Shown piece by piece: positions 1 to 6,600 of a stretch of DNA of 7,911 nucleotides. Location: contig JAQUVR010000026.1 of NCBI GenBank assembly GCA_028693335.1, forward strand, positions 1 through 7,911. The letters are read 5' to 3'. Under the pieces are notes generated by a model. It worked only from the letters and a program-made list of their open reading frames with translations. It was not told the DNA's origin and made no database searches. Position 1 is the first letter of the stretch. Each line of letters opens with the position of its first letter. The stretch is from Candidatus Iainarchaeum sp. Its GTDB lineage: Archaea > Iainarchaeota > Iainarchaeia > Iainarchaeales > CSSED10-239. The translations under genes and the position numbers were made by a program.

Positions 1-1545
1 CCACATGATGATATGTATTCTGTTGCAAGAATATTAAAACATCCAAATGCTCAATTTAGAAATCCAAATACTGGTGGACTTGGTCATCCACACACAAATA
101 AGGTTGTTGATAGAATATTGCATCTAACTGGTCGTGATTCCATATCATTAAATATAGGGACACCAGACCAAACAATTAATGCAGTATCATTAGCAAATGC
201 ACAAAAAGGATTGGATCAATTAGATGATGCATTAAGATCTAATGCTGATGATCTTTTAAAAATTGATGATGAAATTTTAAAAATACAGAAATATGCTAAT
301 GGAGATAATGCTGCTCAACAAAATTTAAATAAGTTATTAAAATCTAAGCAAGATCTTTTGGATGCTCAAAAATCCTTCCAAGCAGCAAGGGATGGTGTTG
401 ATGATGCTATAAGAACAGGAACAAAAACAGTAAATGGTCAACAAGTTGTTGAGATGTCAGATGATGTAACAAGAAATGTTGATGATGTTATTAGACAAAC
501 AAGAAATCTAAGTTCATCAAGAGTAAATTGGAAATTTAATGTTAGAAAATGGGGCGGTATTGGAAAAGGAATTGTTTGTGGTATAATGGGAACAAGTCAT
601 GGTATGTCTGCTCTAAAAGAGAATGGAGAGCTTGGTAATTTAGAACATTCAATAACACAATCATCTGATGAAGATAATATTACTACATTTGAAAAAAAGA
701 AATTTTATTATGTGTTAATATACAAAACAAAAAATTCAGCAGGTAAAGAAGGATATATAATGAAAATTTCTTTAGAGGTTCCAATTCAGGATAAAAAAGA
801 AAATTTAGTTTATAGAAATTTACAAAATGTAATTACTATAGAAAACATAAAAGAATCACAAACAAATCAAGGATTTGCAGACAATGATTCTATTAGAAAT
901 CCTGATGATCCTGAAGAACTTTTAGAAAATTTAACACAAGATGAAATAAATAGAATAAATGAATCAAGAGCACAAGCTGCTCAAAATGGAACCGCAAGTC
1001 AATTAGATTTAAGTTCTCTTGGTTCTAATCCTCAATTAACACAAGTACAAACAACTGGATTTATTCAAAAAAAATCTCTTGTGGAAAAATATAGTGGGTG
1101 TACTTTTCCAGGAAAATGTCAAGATATGTCTAAATCTTGGGGAATACACAAGTGTTCAAGATTTGCATATGAGGCTGCTGGCAAAATTTATAATTTAAAT
1201 TATGCTCTTGGAAATGCATGGGATATGGAAGAGCTAAACACAGTTGTTTGGAAAAAAGGACAAGGTCCTGGTAATTATCAAGATCACTTAGTTCCTGGAG
1301 TTTTGATTAATGTTTCAATTCCAAGTAGCAGATACCCTCAACCAAGTCATATTGTTTTATATGTTGGAAAAGACAATCAAGGAAGAGATTTATTTTTACA
1401 TCAATCAGTAGATAAATCATCTTATCAAGATCTATCAAGATATGTCTCTAGTGGAAACAGATCTGTTTATGCAGTTTTGATTCCAAAGACAGGTTATCCA
1501 CAATATGCGTCTGTTGTATCTAGTAGTACCGCAAGATACGCATAA
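1..1545 (+). CDS. Large protein, possibly 5'-truncated by the window edge: coiled-coil region plus C-terminal NlpC/P60-like papain-fold cysteine hydrolase domain
   Basis: Frame 1 is open from base 1 (cca cat gat gat ATG...), so the ATG at 13 used by the ORF track may be internal and the gene may continue upstream. Stop is TAA at 1543-1545. Codon usage (AGA Arg, TTA Leu, AAA Lys, ATA/ATT Ile) matches the neighbouring genes. Numbering from the Met at 13, aa ~60-165 is charged and heptad-like (LDQLDDALRSNADDLLKIDDEILKIQKY...NLNKLLKSKQDLLDAQKSFQAARD), a probable coiled coil. The C-terminal ~135 aa carries the hydrolase motifs listed in the sub-feature. Confidence 0.8.
   Translation, partial: PHDDMYSVARILKHPNAQFRNPNTGGLGHPHTNKVVDRILHLTGRDSISLNIGTPDQTINAVSLANAQKGLDQLDDALRSNADDLLKIDDEILKIQKYANGDNAAQQNLNKLLKSKQDLLDAQKSFQAARDGVDDAIRTGTKTVNGQQVVEMSDDVTRNVDDVIRQTRNLSSSRVNWKFNVRKWGGIGKGIVCGIMGTSHGMSALKENGELGNLEHSITQSSDEDNITTFEKKKFYYVLIYKTKNSAGKEGYIMKISLEVPIQDKKENLVYRNLQNVITIENIKESQTNQGFADNDSIRNPDDPEELLENLTQDEINRINESRAQAAQNGTASQLDLSSLGSNPQLTQVQTTGFIQKKSLVEKYSGCTFPGKCQDMSKSWGIHKCSRFAYEAAGKIYNLNYALGNAWDMEELNTVVWKKGQGPGNYQDHLVPGVLINVSIPSSRYPQPSHIVLYVGKDNQGRDLFLHQSVDKSSYQDLSRYVSSGNRSVYAVLIPKTGYPQYASVVSSSTARYA
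1075..1482 (+). other. NlpC/P60-superfamily-like catalytic domain (canonical, non-permuted Cys-His-His order)
   Basis: The first motif is HK-C381-SRFAYEAAGKIY (family pattern D-C-S-G-f-v......aG). Sixty-five residues later comes LVPGVLINV...PS-H446-IVLYVGKD (pattern l.pGDlvff...gHVgIYiG). Seventeen residues after that is LFL-H463-QS (pattern iHAs). Codons checked in the DNA: tgt 1153-1155, cat 1348-1350, cat 1399-1401. This is motif recognition only. Confidence 0.55.
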
Positions 1546-1546
1546 A

Positions 1547-1560
1547 TCTTTTTCTTCTTT
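1547..1560 (+). terminator. Pyrimidine/oligo-T tract directly after the stop of gene 1 (possible archaeal-type termination signal)
   Basis: The sequence tcTTTTTcttcttt begins 2 nt after TAA (1543-1545) and has a T5 run at 1549-1553. No stable hairpin is visible. T runs are common in this AT-rich DNA, so support is weak. Confidence 0.2.
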
Positions 1561-1564
1561 CTAT

Positions 1565-1577
1565 TTTATAAATATTT
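1565..1577 (+). promoter_or_regulatory. TATA-box-like element upstream of gene 2
   Basis: TTTATAAATATTT is centred ~35 nt upstream of ATG 1604. No Shine-Dalgarno-like purine run lies before the ATG (tttgaaaataaATG). The geometry fits an archaeal TATA box with a very short leader. The same 13-mer recurs at 3511-3523. Confidence 0.35.
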
Positions 1578-1603
1578 TCATTAACCTATATTTTTGAAAA
1601 TAA

Positions 1604-1702
1604 ATGTTTTTTATAAATAATAAAAAAGGGTTTACATTATTTACTGCCTTAGTATCATTATTGTTAATATCTATAACTCTAGTTTTATTGTTTAATATGA
1701 TT
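1604..1702 (+). other. Prepilin-type (class III) signal peptide plus N-terminal hydrophobic helix
   Basis: KKG|FTLF is followed by TALVSLLLISITLVLLF. The Gly codon ggg lies at 1628-1630 and is followed by ttt aca tta ttt act (F T L F T). Confidence 0.6.
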
Positions 1703-3427
1703 AGAACAGAAGAAACATATTTATCATTAATTTCAAATCAATCATCAATGTCTGATCTAATAACAATCGGAGATCTTGCAAGAGCAGATGCTTTTGATAC
1801 ATTTATTGTTTCTTTAAGATATCATTGGGAATCAACAAATTCAAATCCAGAACAAGCGATGTTATTAGAGAGAAGAGAGCTTGATGCAAATTGGACAGAC
1901 TTTGTTCAATTGATGGCAAATAAACATTTTTTTTCTCAAAGTTTTGCAAAATATTTTGCAACTGCTCTTTTATTGAAATATCAAAATCCAATAGATCCAC
2001 CAGGATATAAAGTAGAACTAAAAAGAACACCAATTGATGGCATAGAAGATTATGATGCTGAAAGTGGACTACACAATCAATTTTATACAGAAATTGTAAA
2101 TCAAATGTTTGTTGATGGTGGTAAAAGAATAGATGTTGTAAATTGTGATAATGAAAATTCTTTAGAATGTACTGGCTCTTTTTATATAACAATTGATGCA
2201 ACTCAAATAGCTGATGAAAATTATGAAAAATTGCCAAAAATAAATATATTAAGACACAAAAGTCAAGATGTTATTCAAAGGCCAATATTTGGAAGACAGA
2301 TCTATAAAATTTATTTTCCATGGCGTGGATTTCAAGCACTTAAAACAGCAAGAAGAATTGTGCATAGTACCAATGCTGAAACTAGTGAAAATCCTGCGTT
2401 ATTTTCTGGAAATATTGGGCTGTTTAATTCAAATATTCATAATACTTTAGAACAAGCAAGACTTGGTGTTTGTGAGCCAAGATCATGTGATTATAGAAAA
2501 GATCTTTTTAAGACAGTAACTGCAGATGGTTTTAGTAATTCTTGTGTTGAACCAGAAAATGAAGAAATTGAAATTACTCCAATAGGTGTTGATGGATCTT
2601 TTTTATCTTATAATACTCCATTATTTGAATCTTATAATTTAAAAACAATTTCACCAGATGGTCAAAGAATTTTTACAAAATTAATAGATGGTACAATTTC
2701 AGCTAATCTTTCTACAAGATCTGGTTTACAAGATGAAAAAATTGTTTTTAATAATGGATTAAAATTAATTAAAGGCTCTGATTTTGTAGAAGAATATGGA
2801 GATGTAAATATATTTAATATTTCGGTTCTTGGAAAAGCAAAAAGAACAAAACTAATTTCAGAAAGACATATAACACAGGCAATTGCTGTAGTTCCGGGAT
2901 TATCCCCCCAATTGTCTTTTTCTATTGATAATCCAGTTACTCTTTCTGGTGGGTTGGGGTTGTCATATGATCAATCAGCAAACACTTATCAACAAATCTG
3001 GGATATTGATAATTCATGGAACAATCAACAAAATAACCTTGCACCACCAGGAGAAGATAATTTTGGTGTTACTAGTCAATCAATTACTTTTAATTGTTAT
3101 GAACTGGAAGCTTATGAAATTACTTTAAAATTTGAAGAAACAGATGATAGATATAGAACACTTGCTTTAGAAAGTAACGAAACAAATATTTGGGTAAAGA
3201 TCAAAGATTCTTTTTTACCATTTACTTTTCCACCAAAGTCAGGAAGTAATTATGGTTATACTAGTTTACAATATATTCCTAGTACTGGATATTTTACAAA
3301 TAATTCTATTTCAAGTTACATGAATCCATATTGGAATGATTCCGGTTATTGGGATGATTGGAAATGTTATTCAAATACCGGTCAACCAGATTTATTAAAT
3401 ATTTCAAGATCATGTACGGCTGATTAA
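1604..3427 (+). CDS. Large (607 aa) type IV pilin-like / class III signal peptide protein, Cys-containing extracellular globular body
   Basis: This is the first ATG after an in-frame TAA (1601-1603). Stop is TAA at 3425-3427. The N-terminus MFFINNKK-G|FTLFTALVSLLLISITLVLLF has a short basic n-region, Gly, then Phe-Thr-Leu and ~22 hydrophobic residues. Residue +5 after the putative cleavage site is Thr, not Glu. There are 8 Cys (181, 189, 290, 295, 314, 498, 588, 604) and many N-x-S/T sequons. Confidence 0.85.
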   Translation: MFFINNKKGFTLFTALVSLLLISITLVLLFNMIRTEETYLSLISNQSSMSDLITIGDLARADAFDTFIVSLRYHWESTNSNPEQAMLLERRELDANWTDFVQLMANKHFFSQSFAKYFATALLLKYQNPIDPPGYKVELKRTPIDGIEDYDAESGLHNQFYTEIVNQMFVDGGKRIDVVNCDNENSLECTGSFYITIDATQIADENYEKLPKINILRHKSQDVIQRPIFGRQIYKIYFPWRGFQALKTARRIVHSTNAETSENPALFSGNIGLFNSNIHNTLEQARLGVCEPRSCDYRKDLFKTVTADGFSNSCVEPENEEIEITPIGVDGSFLSYNTPLFESYNLKTISPDGQRIFTKLIDGTISANLSTRSGLQDEKIVFNNGLKLIKGSDFVEEYGDVNIFNISVLGKAKRTKLISERHITQAIAVVPGLSPQLSFSIDNPVTLSGGLGLSYDQSANTYQQIWDIDNSWNNQQNNLAPPGEDNFGVTSQSITFNCYELEAYEITLKFEETDDRYRTLALESNETNIWVKIKDSFLPFTFPPKSGSNYGYTSLQYIPSTGYFTNNSISSYMNPYWNDSGYWDDWKCYSNTGQPDLLNISRSCTAD

Positions 3428-3462
3428 TTTTTTTTAATGGTTTTTAATGGGTTTGTTTTTTT
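3428..3462 (+). terminator. Cluster of oligo-T tracts immediately after gene 2 stop
   Basis: T8 lies at 3428-3435 directly after TAA, T5 at 3441-3445 and T7 at 3456-3462. This is consistent with oligo-T (archaeal-type) termination. No GC-rich hairpin precedes the tracts, so it is not a classic bacterial intrinsic terminator. Confidence 0.35.
3431..3450. repeat. Perfect tandem duplication of a 10-mer (TTTTTAATGG x2)
   Basis: 3431-3440 and 3441-3450 are both tttttaatgg, read directly from the sequence. Function is unknown. The repeat lies inside the T-rich post-stop region. Confidence 0.9.
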
Positions 3463-3510
3463 GAGTTTTGATCTTCTTATAATTAACTTTTATCAGTTAA
3501 TTAATATTAA

Positions 3511-3523
3511 TTTATAAATATTT
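3511..3523 (+). promoter_or_regulatory. Second copy of the TTTATAAATATTT TATA-like 13-mer
   Basis: It is identical to 1565-1577. It lies 130 nt upstream of ATG 3641, but about 38 nt (centre to ATG) upstream of a small ATG at 3553, the same geometry as for gene 2. It could drive a long leader or a micro-ORF. A chance match in A/T-only sequence cannot be excluded. Confidence 0.25.
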
Positions 3524-3577
3524 CCCTTCTTTAATAATATATTTTAAGAGAAATGTCTGCCTATCAAAACAAAAACA

Positions 3578-3588
3578 TTTATAAAATA
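3578..3588 (+). promoter_or_regulatory. TATA-box-like element with A-rich (BRE-like) upstream flank, best candidate promoter of the giant gene
   Basis: TTTATAAAATA is preceded by aaaacaaaaaca and centred ~58 nt upstream of ATG 3641. This would give a ~30-nt leader containing the AGGA at 3631-3634 (6-nt spacer to the ATG). Confidence 0.3.
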
Positions 3589-3640
3589 AACTTAAAACAG
3601 AATATATAATATTATATATCAAATAAAAAAAGGATTATCT

Positions 3641-6600
3641 ATGGGTTTAAAAAATCTATACTATAAGTTAGAAGACAAGTATTTTGACATGCTTGATTAT
3701 TTAGAAGAAAAAGGAATTAATCTTTATAAAATTGTAGATCCGCTAGAAAAAAAAGGAATACCGACTTTTGCAATATTTTTATTATTGATTTTTGCAATAA
3801 TTGGACTAATTATTTTTTTATTACTTCCAAGCACAGGTCTGGGAAAAGCAGACACTATAAATTTAGTTTTTAAAGATTCAACAAATAAACCCATATCCTC
3901 TGCAGAAATAAATATATCTTTTGATAATCAAAGAATAACTGCTCAAACAGATAATTTAGGTGTTTATGCGATTACTGAATTTGAAAAAAAAGCAGAGCAT
4001 ATTTTAAAAATAACAGACACTAGATATAAGCTTGCAAATGAAATTACTGAGCAAACAATTTCTGAAAAAAATAATGTTGTTCTTTTAGAAATGAAAAAAG
4101 AATCTTTAACAAAAAAAATTTATTTTAAATCTCAAAATGGTTTAAAAATAACTGATAATTTAGATGTTTCAATAAGATGTACAATTGCTGATTTTTTCAT
4201 AACCGAAACGGTAGTTGATGGAGAATTAACTTTATCTAATATCCCAATAAACTGTGGAGAATTAATTGTAGAAATTATAGATAGAGAATCAGATCCATAT
4301 GCATTACCAGCAACAGAAGAAGTTGCTGATGTTTATTTGAGTGGACTTTCAGTTTCTCAAGAAAAGGGAACATTAACTGTTACTGTTAAAGATAAAGATT
4401 CAAAAGTTGGTGTTTCTGGATTAAATATAAAAGTTATAGATGTTGCAACAGAACAAGAATCTGATTTGGGTACAACAAATAATAACGGTGTTTTTACATC
4501 AAGTAATATTTTATTAGTAAATAAAACCTATAAAATTTTTGTGTCAGATCCAAACGGAATATATGGATCTATTGGAGATCTTGAATACCAAACTAATATT
4601 TTATCTCCAAAAAAAATATTGTCAGGATCTGCTAATAATTTTGAAGTGGAATTAAAAAAAGATGTTGTTGGTTTTATTATTTTAAAAACAGTAGATCAAG
4701 AATCAAACCAAGTAATACCAAATGTAAAAGTAACTTTAAAAAAAGGCCCAGCAATTGCAGAAATTAAAGAAACTGGTGTTGATGGAGTTGTTAGATTTGG
4801 TGTAAAGGATACAACACCATATATTGCAGTATTTGATAATAGTAATTATTTTATTTTTCAAAAAGCAGTAACAATTAATTCAACTGAACAAGAAGTTAAA
4901 TTAAAAAAAGTGGATTCCACAAATCAAAATAGTTTAATTGTTTCAGTAATTGATAAAGACAAATATCCAATAGAAGAAGCAACCATAAAATTAATGGACT
5001 CAGTAAATAATTCATTAATAAAAACAGCAACAACAGACATTTATGGAAAATATATTTTCACAAATTTAAATGCTGAATATACTTATTATATTGAAGCAAT
5101 TTCTGGAGTTTACACAGGAAGATCTGCATCAAATTTTACCATTAAAGAAAGAGAGATTAATGAAGAGACTGTTGTTTTAGATATTGGAGAAGGAACCTAT
5201 AATTTAACAATATTGGATACACAAGATAGTCCAGTATCAACTGCAGTAAAAGTTTATGAAGTATCAACAAATAGAGAAATGACTGAAAAAGCAACAACAA
5301 CAGATGCTCAAGGAAATACAGTTATAAGAATAAGAGCAGACAAATCAGTTTATTTTGTTATAGATAATTTCAATAGAAAATTTGTTACAAAAAATTATAA
5401 TGTTCCAGCAAACACAATACTAAAAGAAACAATAAGATTACCAAGATCTGTAACATCAGCAAACATAGAATTTTTAGGATTTTTTACAAGTTCTGGAGAA
5501 ACAATTACAAGCATTAGTCCAGGACAAAGTATTATTGCAAGATTTATATTAAATACAGATAAAGAATATAGTAAAGCAGTAGCACATATAAGAACAGGAA
5601 CTGGAGACACGTGTGGTTCTAAAACTTATTTAGTGGAAGAAGATTTTAGTTATATAAAACAAATTAGTTATGCAGGAAACAAAATTAATGGATCAACCAC
5701 CTATACACCATGTATGGGAGAAGGGAAAGATCTATTAAGCTTTACAAAAAGAGATGGAAAATGGTTTAATGTAAATATTGATAGACCAATTGTTGGCAGT
5801 TATTTAATTGATGCTGAAATAGTAATTAAAGATATTACTTCTCAAAATCAAAATGTTTATTATAGAGCAGAATTTATAACAAGTAACACAGTTTCAAGAT
5901 TCCCATTAGATTCTGTATTAGGAACACAACAAAACACATCAAGTAAACAAGCATTATACGCATACGCTAAACAACAACCAATTTATGTTGGTTCTTCTAA
6001 TTTTTGTGATAATGGTATTTGTTATAGTTTTTCTATATTTGACAAATCAACTAGAACAAGTAGAAATATTATTGATAAATATACAGCAAAAGAAAACACA
6101 GATTATCAACTTCAATTTAGATTAAATGTTGATAATAAAAGTTTACAAGATGTTTCTTTGAATTTAACAAGTTTAGGACAAGGAAAAACAATTAAACTAA
6201 CAAACTATTTGATAGAAAGTGTTGGTTCACAAGTATTGAATGGAAAAGATAATTTTGATAATATAGATATTGGAAATTTATCAGTAAATGATTATATTTC
6301 TGGAGTAATAGATCTTTCAATAATTAACGATCAATCAGATTCATTAATATTCTCTGTTGTTTCAAATGGAGAAGTTGTATTTACAAAAAACATCTTATTT
6401 GAGATAAGAGAATCAAAAATATTAATTGCTGAACAATTGCCAACAGTATTAGTTCCATATGTTCCAAATAATATTTTAATTGCAGTAACTGAAGAAGATA
6501 AAACACCAATTGCAAATGCAGATGTTATAGTTTCAAGAAATAACAATGTTATTGATACTGGAAAAACAAATACTGAAGGAATATTTGCATACGTTTTATC

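Noticed and set aside
544-570. Walker-A-like RKWGGIGKG in gene 1
   Set aside because: It does not fit G/A-x4-G-K-[ST]. The residue five positions before G184 is Lys, and the residue after the Lys is Gly rather than Ser/Thr. No Walker B or other NTPase motifs follow. It is better described as a glycine zipper.
1803-2237. 144-aa antisense ORF from the track, inside gene 2
   Set aside because: It is entirely nested antisense within a much longer, protein-like ORF. Its translation is low-complexity (His/Gln/Leu/Phe runs), typical of the reverse complement of an AT-rich coding frame. It has no start context or promoter of its own.
2268-3128. Two short + strand ORFs (2268-2450 and 2925-3128) in alternative frames of gene 2
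   Set aside because: They are out-of-frame overlaps within gene 2. Their products are hydrophobic and low-complexity, with no independent signals. These are chance open frames in AT-rich DNA.
3605-3610. Bacterial -10-like TATAAT upstream of the giant gene
   Set aside because: No credible -35 (TTGACA-like) lies at a 16-18-nt spacing upstream. TATAAT is expected by chance many times in this composition, so it cannot discriminate a bacterial from an archaeal promoter.
3499-3619. Perfect A/T-only palindromes: the 14-mer AATTAATATTAATT (3499-3512) and the 18-mer ATATATAATATTATATAT (3602-3619), as possible operator sites
   Set aside because: In a two-letter (A/T) sequence a 7- or 9-pair palindrome has a per-position chance of about 1/128 to 1/512. 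Finding one in a ~200-nt A/T spacer is therefore not surprising. They are noted only as context for the intergenic finding.
3748-4616. A8 homopolymer tracts inside the giant gene (3748-3755, 3984-3991, 4111-4118, 4609-4616; also 1067-1074 in gene 1) as phase-variation switches
   Set aside because: Each is explained by consecutive AAA Lys (and adjacent A-ending or A-starting) codons in a Lys-rich protein from an AT-rich genome. Their length of 8 is at the low end for slipped-strand switching, and a single sequence gives no evidence of length heterogeneity.
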